Position numbers and translations under genes: made by a program. Under the pieces are notes generated by a model. That model made no database searches, had not been told where the DNA came from, and worked only from the letters and a program-made list of their open reading frames with translations. Below are positions 26,687-38,680 of a stretch of DNA of 64,000 nt, piece after piece. Each line of letters begins with the position of its first letter. Positions within the stretch are counted from its first letter, which is position 1. This stretch comes from Thermoanaerobaculia bacterium (GTDB lineage: Bacteria; Acidobacteriota; Thermoanaerobaculia; Multivoradales; JAGPDF01), in NCBI GenBank assembly GCA_039932315.1, contig JBDTQG010000005.1, positions 21,186 through 85,185 of the forward strand, written 5' to 3'.

Positions 26687-27454
26687 ATGACCCGCGAACC
26701 CCGAGCCTCCGCTGCGCCTCCCGATTTTTCACCGCTCGCGGCGAGCTATGCGCGCGGGCGGCCGCGGTATCCGGAGGAGCTCTTCGACTTCCTTTCCGGG
26801 CTCGTCGACCGGCACGATCTCGCCTGGGATGCCGCGACCGGCAACGGGCAGGCGGCGGTCAGCCTGGCCAGGCATTTCACGCGCGTCGTCGCGACCGACA
26901 TCTCCGCCGAGCAGATCCGCCACGCGACACCGCACCGGCAGATCGAGTATCGCGCGGCTCCCTCGGATCGGAGCGGGGTGGCGCCGGCGAGCGTCGACCT
27001 CGTCACGGTCGCGACAGCTCTGCACTGGTTCGATCTCCCGTCCTTCTTCGCGGAGGTTCGCCGCGTCGTCCGGCCGGGCGGTGTGCTCGCGGCCTGGAGC
27101 TATCACGCCGGAACCTGCGATCCACCGTTCGACGGGCTGCTGCATCACTTCTACTGGAACGTCGTGCGCCCGTACTTCGCTCCCGGCGCTGCGCTCGTTG
27201 ACGACCTGTACGAAACGATCGACTTTCCCGGCGAGAAAATCGAGCCCCGGCCGTTCCGCGTGACCGCCGACTGGACGCTCGAGCAGACGCTCGACTACCT
27301 GCGCAGCTGGAGCGCGGTCGCGACCTACCGTGAGCAGCGCGGGGTCGATCCGGTGGAGGAGTTCGCTCCGGAGCTCGCCCGGCTCTGGGACGACCCGCGC
27401 GAGCGCCGGCCGTTCTGCATGCCGATCGCGCTCCACGTCCGGCGCATGCCTTAG
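26687..27454 (+). CDS. class I SAM-dependent methyltransferase
   Basis: Internal ATG 26687. Motif I AWDAATGNGQAA, and VDLVTVATALHWFD is typical of the Methyltransf_11 group. Confidence 0.85.
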   Translation: MTREPRASAAPPDFSPLAASYARGRPRYPEELFDFLSGLVDRHDLAWDAATGNGQAAVSLARHFTRVVATDISAEQIRHATPHRQIEYRAAPSDRSGVAPASVDLVTVATALHWFDLPSFFAEVRRVVRPGGVLAAWSYHAGTCDPPFDGLLHHFYWNVVRPYFAPGAALVDDLYETIDFPGEKIEPRPFRVTADWTLEQTLDYLRSWSAVATYREQRGVDPVEEFAPELARLWDDPRERRPFCMPIALHVRRMP

Positions 27455-27521
27455 GGCGCCCGCGCGATTCGCTGCCGGGAGCCGGTGTCCCGCTCCCGCC
27501 GCGAGTTGCGTACTTCAGAGC

Positions 27522-28028
27522 ATGGAGCCGATCGAAGTCGCCTACGAAATCGCCGCGCCTGTCTACGTGCGGGCGTACCGCAGATACATTCTGCGGAAAG
27601 AGGGCGGCTGGTTCATCGGCGCCGGAGTCACGTTGCTTCTCGCCGCCGCCTTCACCGCGAGCGAGCCCTGGCTCTCGGGCCTTTTCTGCGGCATCTCGAT
27701 CGCGTATCTGCTGCTGCGCTGGAGCGCCGATCGGCGCGTGGTGCGGCAGACCCTGGCCCGGGGACGAGCATCGGTTGCCCTGACCATCGCGGACGCGGGA
27801 TTGCGCGTGCGTTCCGATCGGGGCGACATGACCCTCCCCTGGGGGCGCATTCTCGGAGTCGCTGTCCGGGGCGACGTGATCGAGCTCGACCTCGGCCCGA
27901 GCTCTCCGCCGGTCTGGCTGATGGCGTCCGCGCTCAGCGGAGCGCCGCTTGCAGCGATTCAGCGGCAGCGTCGCGAAGCCGTGTCCGCCCGAGTGCCCGC
28001 GCGCTCGAGTGCGGAAGGCATTTCGTGA
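27522..28028 (+). CDS. YcxB-like membrane protein
   Basis: Internal ATG 27522. Two TM helices, then a beta-rich domain (LTIADAGLRVRSDRGDMTLPWGRILGV). Confidence 0.5.
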   Translation: MEPIEVAYEIAAPVYVRAYRRYILRKEGGWFIGAGVTLLLAAAFTASEPWLSGLFCGISIAYLLLRWSADRRVVRQTLARGRASVALTIADAGLRVRSDRGDMTLPWGRILGVAVRGDVIELDLGPSSPPVWLMASALSGAPLAAIQRQRREAVSARVPARSSAEGIS

Positions 28029-28138
28029 GCCGTTGAGTCAGGGATCTGTCCGCCGATTTCGCGTCCTCGGGGGTTGCGACGGTCTGCCGTCCCCCGGCGT
28101 TGCGCGCGCGCCGGCCGGAGCTATGATGCGAGGTTCCG

Positions 28139-31128
<2,990 letters not shown>

Positions 31129-31132
<4 letters not shown>

Positions 31133-32340
31133 GCCAGGTGAGTCAGGTGAGCGATACCGGTTGGCAGATTTTCGTCGTCGTTGCGGGAAAGGCGCCGATC
31201 GAGCTTCCTGATGGCGAGTCCGTCATCGGACGAAGTCGTGCATGCCTCGTTCAGATCGCCGAGACCACGGTCAGCCGGCAGCACGCGATCTTCGTCGTCG
31301 CCCCCGGGAAGGTCCGCCTTCGCGACCTCGGCTCGAGCAACGGAACGTTCGTCAACGGTCAGAAGGTCGACGGAGAGATTCCGTTGCAGGACGGCGACCG
31401 GATCGTCGTCGGCGAGGCCGAGCTGGTGCTCCGCGTGCTCGCTCCTCTGGGGCCCGCGGAAGCGACCGTGAGAATGGTTCTGCCGCCGCTCACGGCCAGG
31501 GCTGAGGATTCTGCGCCTCCCGCGCATCTCCTCCCGCAATCCGCCGAGCGGATGCCGGCAGCGCAGCCAGCGGGCGCTTCAGCGCCTCCGGCATTCTTCG
31601 AACGCGACACGCCGCCGGCAATGCCGGCCCTTCATCCCGAGCGCGCGGCAGCTCCACCGGCTTCGACGCCTGCATCGCCGCCCAAGCCTTCCTTCGCCTC
31701 ACCGCCGCCGCTCCCGACTTCGCCGCCGTCCCGCCCGGCTCCGCTGGCGCCCGCTCCGGTGCTCTCCGCCTTGCCGCCGTTGCCCGACTTCGGCGACCCG
31801 GCACCGAGGCCCGCCGCCACTGCCGCCGAACCGGCCGCGGGCGCGAAGGCGAGCGAGCTGCTCTCTTCCATTCGGGACATCGATCTCGCACCGGTGCCGG
31901 CGGTCGTCGTCCAGCGCAAGAACACCGTCCTCGAAAAGACCGAGCCGGCAGGTTTCTGGCGGCGGGTCGTGGCGTCACTTCTCGATGCCATTCCGTTCGT
32001 CGTTCTCGCCGGTGCGCAGTTCGGCGTCGCGATGTTCATCTCCCCGAGCATCGGCAATCTGCTGTTGATTCTTCCGCCGCTCTACGGCCTGCTCGTCTAC
32101 CTCGTTCTGCCAGCGCTGGTCGGCTGGACTCCGGGCAAGAAGCTCATGAAGCTCGCCATCGTCTCCGAGACGACGGTTCCGGGGCAGGGCCTGGGCTGGG
32201 GAACGGCGGGATTGCGCCTGGTCGGCTACCTCGTCTGTTCCATCACGTTCGGCCTGGGCTATCTCCTGGTCGCCTTCAGTGCCCGCAAGCAGGGCCTGCA
32301 CGACCTGATCGCCAAGACCAACGTCGTCCGCAAGCGCTGA
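31129..32340 (+). CDS. FHA domain - Pro-rich linker - RDD domain membrane protein
   Basis: FHA signature GRSRAC...VSRQHA...LRDLGSSNGTFVNG. About 170 aa of P/A-rich linker. RDD-type membrane domain (FWRRVVASLLDAIPF, three TM helices). Start is uncertain: TTG 31129 in a TTGA overlap with the uvrA-like stop, or GTG 31138/31147. Confidence 0.8.
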
Positions 32341-32364
32341 AGTGGAGCGCCGCGGGATCGCTGA

Positions 32365-33357
32365 ATGAAGTGGATCGGCTATCTCGGCGGCCTCATGCTC
32401 GCCGGAATTCTGCTCTTCGCCGCGTACGCGAAAGCGATCGACCCCCAGGCCTTCGCCGAACAGATCCGTGCCGAGGGTCTCGGATTCGGACTGCCTCCGT
32501 TCGCGATGGCGGTCGCAGCGATCGCGCTCGAGGCCGGTCTCGGACTGGCGTTGCTGCTGAACCTGCGCCACCGGTCGGTGATGATCATCGCGACCGCGCT
32601 GGTTTTGGGCTTCATCGCGCTCACCGGACGCACCTACTGGCGCTCCAGCCACGGGCTGCTGTCGGCGGAAGAAGAGGCCCGCTGCGGCTGTTTCGGCAAC
32701 CTCGTCGAGCGCACGCCGGGAGAGGCCTTCTGGCAGGACCTTGCGCTGCTGCTGCCGGCGCTCGCTCTCGCCTGGACCGGGCGGCCCCCGGCCGAATCGG
32801 CGCGGAGTCCGCGCCGGCTGCTGGTGGCCGGCCTGGGAACGATCGCTGCGGCAGGATTCGCGGCGGCGGCCCCCGGGTTGCCCTTGGACAATCTCGCGAC
32901 GAACGCCGCTCCCGGAGTGAAAATCGCGGACATCTGCGCGGGCAAGGACAAGGACCGGATCTGCCTCGACTTCCTCGTGCCGGAGCTGCGGACGGGGAGC
33001 CACTGGGTCATCCTGGTCGATGTTCACGCGGCCGACTTCGCGGACACCGTCGGCGCCTTGAATCGCTATGTCGCGAGCGGCCGGAACCCCGGGCTTGCGG
33101 TTCTGGCCGACCTCACGCAGGAAGAGCAGATGGGGATATTCTGGCGCCTGGCACCGGCATTCGAATTGCACGAAACGCCGCTGGTGCTCCTGCGACCGCT
33201 CTATCGGAAACTGCCGCGATCCCTGCTCATCGAGGAGGGACGTGTGATTCGAACCGCCGCTGGACTGCCGGCGGAATTCGCCGACGCCGTTCCGAACGCT
33301 GCCGTGAACGCCTCCGTAAACCCGACCCACTCCACAACGGACGACCCCAAACCATGA
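32365..33357 (+). CDS. MauE/DoxX-type membrane protein fused to a thioredoxin-fold-like domain lacking CxxC
   Basis: Four N-terminal TM helices with YAKAIDPQAFAEQI and the CGCFG motif typical of MauE. The C-terminal ~170 aa is soluble with a Trx-like secondary-structure rhythm but no CxxC. Confidence 0.7.
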   Translation: MKWIGYLGGLMLAGILLFAAYAKAIDPQAFAEQIRAEGLGFGLPPFAMAVAAIALEAGLGLALLLNLRHRSVMIIATALVLGFIALTGRTYWRSSHGLLSAEEEARCGCFGNLVERTPGEAFWQDLALLLPALALAWTGRPPAESARSPRRLLVAGLGTIAAAGFAAAAPGLPLDNLATNAAPGVKIADICAGKDKDRICLDFLVPELRTGSHWVILVDVHAADFADTVGALNRYVASGRNPGLAVLADLTQEEQMGIFWRLAPAFELHETPLVLLRPLYRKLPRSLLIEEGRVIRTAAGLPAEFADAVPNAAVNASVNPTHSTTDDPKP

Positions 33358-34235
33358 CCTCTCCTCTTCGCCGCCTCTCGCCCTCCAGCGTTCTCGACGG
33401 ACTTTCGTCTCATCGCGTTTCGCTGGGCGTCGCGGCCGTTCTCGGAGCGTTGGTTCTCGCGCCTGCGCCCACCGCCGCTCAAGGAGTGCCGTCGGACGCC
33501 GTGCTGCGGAACTTCGAGCTTTCCGGCGACTTTCTCCTGATGCTCGACGGCAAGGAGCAGACGAAGGCCGAGATCTATTTTTCGGATTCAGCGCGCGCGT
33601 ACCTCGTTCTCGATTCGGGCTTCGCCTCGCCGATCCTGATCGCGGCGCCGACGCAGAGCGTGCAGACGGTCGATCTCATGAAGGTGGCGAAGCAGCCCGC
33701 CGGGACGATCGATCTGCTCGCCGACGCCATCCTCAAGGAGGAAGGCAAGTACACGGTGAACGGTGCGAATATCGAGTTCACCTATTCCGGGAAGAAGATC
33801 AGTCTGGTGCAGAAGCCGTGGCTCCTGGGCAAGCACACCGGCGCGGAGCTCCTCGCCTACAACCCCGTCTACACCCGGGGGGCGCGCGACTACAACCCCG
33901 ACGCCAACATCATGAAGCGCCTCAAGGCGCAGAAGCAGACGGTGCGCGTTCTCACCTTCTTCGGCTCGTGGTGCCCGCACTGCAAGAAGCACGTGCCGCT
34001 GCTGCTCAAGGTCGAGCAGGGACTTGCCGGCAGCAAAATCCAGTTCGAGTACTACGGCTTGCCGAAGGGTCTCGCGTTCGGCGGCGACCCGCAGGCGGCG
34101 TTGTACAAGATCGAAGGCGTTCCGACGGCGATCCTCTTCATCGGTGACAAAGAGATCGGCAGGATCCCGAACGCACAGTGGTCGAACCCTGAAGTCGCTC
34201 TCGACCTCCAGCTGAACGGTCCGAAGACCCAGTAA
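33354..34235 (+). CDS. secreted thioredoxin-fold protein (WCPHC active site)
   Basis: ATG 33354 in an ATGA overlap with the upstream stop. Signal peptide present. FFGSWCPHCKKHVP and a cis-Pro-like GVPT support a Trx/TlpA-like C-terminal domain. The N-terminal ~170 aa is of unknown family. Confidence 0.75.
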   Translation: MTSPLRRLSPSSVLDGLSSHRVSLGVAAVLGALVLAPAPTAAQGVPSDAVLRNFELSGDFLLMLDGKEQTKAEIYFSDSARAYLVLDSGFASPILIAAPTQSVQTVDLMKVAKQPAGTIDLLADAILKEEGKYTVNGANIEFTYSGKKISLVQKPWLLGKHTGAELLAYNPVYTRGARDYNPDANIMKRLKAQKQTVRVLTFFGSWCPHCKKHVPLLLKVEQGLAGSKIQFEYYGLPKGLAFGGDPQAALYKIEGVPTAILFIGDKEIGRIPNAQWSNPEVALDLQLNGPKTQ

Positions 34236-34256
34236 ACGCCGTCGACGCGGTAGAAT

Positions 34257-34300
34257 GGCCTCCGCCAGCTGAACGTTTCCCGAACCTGGTCCTGGAGGCC
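34257..34300 (+). promoter_or_regulatory. leader hairpin pairing the Shine-Dalgarno of the downstream OMP-like gene
   Basis: ggcctcc (34257-34263) is complementary to ggaggcc (34294-34300), with an inner ccag/ctgg pair. GGAGG lies 7-8 nt before ATG 34307. A TAGAAT hexamer sits at 34251-34256. Confidence 0.35.
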
Positions 34301-34306
34301 AGCTAC

Positions 34307-35740
34307 ATGACGCCACGACGACTGGGATGGATCTGTGCTCTTGCCGTTTTCGCTTTCGGATGTGCTGATTCCGGATTCGCACAGACGTCCGCGAACGCAT
34401 CCGGATCGACCGCAGAGGACGGCAATGCCGCCGGCGACCCCGCGGATTCGACCCCCGTACCGCTGGAAGACGGCAACGCGCTGAAGGTCAAGTTCGGCAT
34501 CGAAGGCAAGGCGAACTATCGCGACAGCCAACACCTCGCGGTGGTGAGTCCGTTCCCGTTCCCGCCGGACTTCCTGCCGCCGGGCGCAACGCGGTCGTTT
34601 CTCGAGACCGCGAACGAAGGCCAGCATCTCGAGATCTCGACCTTCACTCTGTATGCGACGGCCAGCTGGGGCTCGAGCGTCGAAGCGCATGCCAAGGTCG
34701 ATTTCATCGATCTCTACGACCGCAATCCGACGTCATCGGACAAGAAGGTCGACGTCGACGAGCTGTGGATCCGCTTCGGACAGGATCCGACGACCACTCT
34801 TCCAGAGTCCTTCGGTCTCTACGCGAAAGTCGGGAAGTTTGCCCACTTCGAACGTCAGAACGACCGGCACACGGAGAGCTACGGGCTGATTTCGACGGCG
34901 TTCAACCGTTTCGAAGATCAGGGTCTCGAGGTCGGCGCCGCGTTCGGCAAGCATTTCTATCTCAAGGGATCGCTGACGCAGGGCAATCCGCTTTTCTTCC
35001 GCGATCCGAACGCCCTCGCCGCCGACAACGGCTCACCCGATCGCGATCCGAGTGTTCAGCCGAACCCCGATCCGACGATTCTGTCGGGCTTTCCGATCTT
35101 CTATGACGCCGAAGTCGAGGATCTCGACGTCGACGGCGATCTCGAAGTCGGCGCCGGTCTCGGGTTGCGCTTCGGCGAACCGGGATCCGGGCACGAGATC
35201 AACTTCCTCGCCTGGGGCTACAAGCGGAAACTCGCGACGTCGGTCAAGCTCGAGGGCACGTTCTACGGCGGCGATCTCGACCTGTTGAACGGTCCATTCG
35301 ATTCTTTCAGCCTGCCGATCCACGGCGACAAGAAGCAGGAGGTCGGCGCGAATCTGTGGATCTATGAAGGCTCGCTGACGTTCTTCGGGCAGTACGTCGC
35401 CCAGGAGCTGGCGGGAATGGACCGCACCGGCTACGAGGGCGAGTTCGCCTGGAAGTTCGAGCTCCCCCTGGCGTGGGCAACCGCCGGCCGGCAGCTCTTC
35501 CCCTATGTACAGCCGGTCGTGCGGTACTCGTTTCTCAAGCCTGAATTCCAGGGTGGATCGCCGAGCTATCCAGCGCCTTCCGTGCGTTGGGAATGGACGA
35601 AGATCGACTACGGCGTCCGGCTGGGACTCATCGAAGGTGTCGACCTGACGGTCGAATACGCCGACAACGAAATGACTCTCGCGAACGGACGCAAAGTCTC
35701 GAACGACGAGTTGCTCGGCACCCTGCGCTTCAAGATGTGA
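34307..35740 (+). CDS. outer-membrane beta-barrel (porin-like) protein candidate
   Basis: Signal peptide (ICALAVFAFGCADSGFAQ). Alternating hydrophobic beta-strand pattern with Gly/Asp/Asn turns and aromatic-rich strand ends. C-terminus is LGTLRFKM. Confidence 0.6.
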   Translation: MTPRRLGWICALAVFAFGCADSGFAQTSANASGSTAEDGNAAGDPADSTPVPLEDGNALKVKFGIEGKANYRDSQHLAVVSPFPFPPDFLPPGATRSFLETANEGQHLEISTFTLYATASWGSSVEAHAKVDFIDLYDRNPTSSDKKVDVDELWIRFGQDPTTTLPESFGLYAKVGKFAHFERQNDRHTESYGLISTAFNRFEDQGLEVGAAFGKHFYLKGSLTQGNPLFFRDPNALAADNGSPDRDPSVQPNPDPTILSGFPIFYDAEVEDLDVDGDLEVGAGLGLRFGEPGSGHEINFLAWGYKRKLATSVKLEGTFYGGDLDLLNGPFDSFSLPIHGDKKQEVGANLWIYEGSLTFFGQYVAQELAGMDRTGYEGEFAWKFELPLAWATAGRQLFPYVQPVVRYSFLKPEFQGGSPSYPAPSVRWEWTKIDYGVRLGLIEGVDLTVEYADNEMTLANGRKVSNDELLGTLRFKM

Positions 35741-37058
35741 GGCGGGGCTCCGTGGCGGTGAAGATCGCCAGCGGATCCACTCCGCCGTTGTGCCAACCGG
35801 CCTCGACCGATTGCAGCTCACCCGCGGGAGCGAGGCGCGAAAAGCCCAGCTCCCGCAGGTCTTCCGCGAGCGCGAGCGCCGCGCTCCCGGAAAGGGCCGC
35901 GCCCTGCAGCCGGCCGCTCCACGGCGCGAATGCCGTGAGCGCCTGACGCAGTTCGCGAACCCCGTGCACCCGCACGGTCCGCAGCCCCGGCACCGGCCGG
36001 AAGAAAAGCTCACTCTCGATCAGCACCGTTCCCGCGACGAGATCCAGGACCGGCACACGACGCGCCCCCTGCCGCAGCGCCGCTTCCGCCCGCAGCTGCT
36101 GGACCGCAGCCGCGAGAGCACGGTCGATCGGCCCCGCGGGAAGGCGCGCGCTCTCGAGCTCGAGAGCCCAGGCGAGTGCGTCGGCGAGCTCGCCCGGGTC
36201 GCCGTCCGTGAAAACCGCCTGCACCGAGAGACAGCCCCGCTGATCGAAGAGGGCGATGTCCCGGGCCAGCGCGCGCGCGGTGCCGACGAGGTCGACATCG
36301 GTGCCCACCAGAGCGACGCTCGCTTTCGGCCCCTGAGCCAGAAGCCGCGCGCCGAATCTTTCACGCTGGCTTTCGACTGCGGGACCGGAGCCGTAGGCAA
36401 GCAGTCGCTCGACGCCTCCGAAGGCCGCGCTGAAAGAGGCTTCGTCGTCGCCCGGAAAGGTGACCGCGGCGAATCCGAGCGCCAGTGCGGGCTCCCGCGC
36501 CGCGAGCGCATCGATGAGTGCCGGAGTGAACCAGGGCTCGGCGGAGGCGTTTTTGAAGAGGACCGGCCGGCCGAGAAGAAGGGCCGGCAGCAGACTCTGC
36601 ACGGCGATCGCCGGAATGTTTCCCGGCAGGACGACGCCGCAACAGCCGCTGTGTTCTGCTGCCGCAGCGGGCATGGCGCGATCCGCAAGCGCGCGGGCGG
36701 GGCCCGCAGCGGCGCCACCGAGGACAACGAAGAGCGCTTCGGTGATTCCTTCCGCGGACAGGCCCGAGCTCTGCTGCAGCGGCATCAGAACGCGCTCGCG
36801 TTCACGGGTGCGGGGCTCCAGGAAGGTATCGATGACCTCACTCCAAACGTCGATGCGGCGCGCGCGTGGCACGCTCGCGATCGCGCGGCTCCCGTGAAGC
36901 GACAGGCGTTCGGCGATCGCCGCGAGCTCCCGGGGCTCGAATCGGCCGCGCGATGTGATCCCACCGAGCCGGTTGTCGCGCACTTCGTCACGTGGCTCGA
37001 ACCCTCCGGGAACGGAGTAGTCGCGGATCGCGCTTGGCGCAGCGGGCACGGTGGACAT
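35730..37058 (-). CDS. LuxC-like acyl-CoA reductase (aldehyde dehydrogenase superfamily)
   Basis: VVLPGNIPAIAVQSLLPALLLGRPVLFKNASAEP and DQRGCLSVQAVF (catalytic Cys context) match the remembered LuxC family pattern. Confidence 0.75.
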   Translation of the reverse strand: MSTVPAAPSAIRDYSVPGGFEPRDEVRDNRLGGITSRGRFEPRELAAIAERLSLHGSRAIASVPRARRIDVWSEVIDTFLEPRTRERERVLMPLQQSSGLSAEGITEALFVVLGGAAAGPARALADRAMPAAAAEHSGCCGVVLPGNIPAIAVQSLLPALLLGRPVLFKNASAEPWFTPALIDALAAREPALALGFAAVTFPGDDEASFSAAFGGVERLLAYGSGPAVESQRERFGARLLAQGPKASVALVGTDVDLVGTARALARDIALFDQRGCLSVQAVFTDGDPGELADALAWALELESARLPAGPIDRALAAAVQQLRAEAALRQGARRVPVLDLVAGTVLIESELFFRPVPGLRTVRVHGVRELRQALTAFAPWSGRLQGAALSGSAALALAEDLRELGFSRLAPAGELQSVEAGWHNGGVDPLAIFTATEPRLTS

Positions 37059-37102
37059 CGTCGCTGCTATGTTACGGCCCTCCGGACCGAGCGAGGAACT
37101 CT

Positions 37103-37504
37103 ATGCGGCGCGCGACGTTGAGCTTCTGCGAAATTCCAGCGGCGGATCCCCCCGCGCTGGCCGGCTTCTTCCTGCAGGTCTTCGGCTGGGCCTCGCTGCC
37201 GATTCCCTGGGACGGTCCGCCTTACGTGCGCCTGCTGCCGCCCGAAAGCAACGCGGCCTCCGGTGCCGGTATCCTGCAGCCCGACGCGAGCGGCCTCATC
37301 GACCGCCTGACGATGATGATCCGCATCGAGGGCGAAGCGCTCGAGACGGTCCTGGCGCGCATCGCCGCCGCCGGCGGCACCCTCGCCCTGGAACCCGTCA
37401 CGATCGGCGCTGCCGGACGCTTCGCCCGCTTCTTCGATCCCGCCGGCAACAGCTTCGGCCTCTGGCAGGGAATCGACGACGCGGAGGCACTCCGAGTGGG
37501 ATGA
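37103..37504 (+). CDS. VOC/glyoxalase family protein
   Basis: Internal ATG 37103. FCEIPAADPPALAGFFLQVFGW ... FFDPAGNSFGLWQ. Lies on the opposite strand between the LuxE-like and LuxC-like genes. Confidence 0.75.
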   Translation: MRRATLSFCEIPAADPPALAGFFLQVFGWASLPIPWDGPPYVRLLPPESNAASGAGILQPDASGLIDRLTMMIRIEGEALETVLARIAAAGGTLALEPVTIGAAGRFARFFDPAGNSFGLWQGIDDAEALRVG

Positions 37505-37542
37505 GGACGATCGTCGAAGGGAGCGTTCCAGCGGTGGCGCTC

Positions 37543-38607
37543 TCACTCGCTGGCGCGACCGAGCTCTTCGGCGAGGAGGGAGCAGCCACGGAGGTCGGCC
37601 TGGGGCGCGCGACCGGCGAGGCGGAAGCCGTCGCCTTCGCCCCCGCCGTCGACGCTTCCGAGATCTTCGGTCAGGAGGTGGAGAGCTGAACCGACGTTGG
37701 CAAGGTCGAAGAAGGCGAGGAGTCCGACCTCTCCCGCCGGCAGCTCAGCGAGAGAGACGGGGTCGAGCGCCCGCACCCTCATCCAGTGGGGGAGAAGGAA
37801 AAGACCGGGATCGCCGCCAGCAGACGAGGCGTAGGCTTGGCTGGTCAGCTCGGTCATCCCGTATTCCGTGACGATCGCTTCGCCGGCGAGGCCGAGCTGG
37901 GTGGCGAGTCGCGCATGCAGATCCTCCGGCGAGAGCTCGCGCTCCCGGCCCTTCAGCCCTCCGGTTTCGAACAGCACGGAGCCCGCGGGCAGGCGGAACT
38001 TGAGGTCGATCCGCGCCAGGAAGTCGAGCAGGTCGGCGAGGGCGATCGAGGTGGCGAGCACCATTACCGGTCGCCCCTCGCGCTGGCGCGCGCCGAACCA
38101 TGAGCGCGCCTTCGCCCCTTCGACACCGCGCGCCGCGAATGCGTAGTCGCTGCCCGGGCCGCCGTAGCGCGAGACGAGGTGCTCCACCATGAATCCCAGG
38201 CTCGAATCGGGAGCGATCGCCCGCGGCGGAACGAGCGCGAGCATCGGCGGCCGGGCACCGGAGTCGCCGCCCAGAGCGAAGCGCGGGAATGACGCGTCGA
38301 TCGCCGCGCGGTAGAGGTCGGGAAAGGGATGATGATGAACGCTGCGCGAACTGCTCAGTGTGCCGCTCGAACGGAAGATCTCGAGCGGAGCGCCGGTCGC
38401 AAGCTCCATCGAAGCGAACGCGGTGGCCGGAATGAGCGGTATCTCGCGCCACGAAGTGACGGCCGAGGGCACCCGGCCCGAGCGCTCGCAGACAGCCCGG
38501 TAAGGTTTCAGATTTTCGACCTGAAAAGCGAAAGCGGCGAGCGCGAGCGCTTCGAAAGGCTCTGCCGCGGGGTCGCTCAGAAAACGTGAAATCCGATCGA
38601 CGATCAC
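37543..38607 (-). CDS. LuxE-like acyl-protein synthetase / acyl-adenylate-forming enzyme
   Basis: FEALALAAFAFQVENLKPYRAVCE...VTSWREIPLIPATAF and FRSSGT match the remembered LuxE (PF04443-like) N-terminal pattern. GTG start. Confidence 0.75.
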   Translation of the reverse strand: MIVDRISRFLSDPAAEPFEALALAAFAFQVENLKPYRAVCERSGRVPSAVTSWREIPLIPATAFASMELATGAPLEIFRSSGTLSSSRSVHHHPFPDLYRAAIDASFPRFALGGDSGARPPMLALVPPRAIAPDSSLGFMVEHLVSRYGGPGSDYAFAARGVEGAKARSWFGARQREGRPVMVLATSIALADLLDFLARIDLKFRLPAGSVLFETGGLKGRERELSPEDLHARLATQLGLAGEAIVTEYGMTELTSQAYASSAGGDPGLFLLPHWMRVRALDPVSLAELPAGEVGLLAFFDLANVGSALHLLTEDLGSVDGGGEGDGFRLAGRAPQADLRGCSLLAEELGRASE

Positions 38608-38680
38608 CGGCGAATTCTGTCACGGCGAATGCCGGAGCTACAGTGTCGAACGGCAGGCGCGAGGGCAAAAACGCTCTGCT

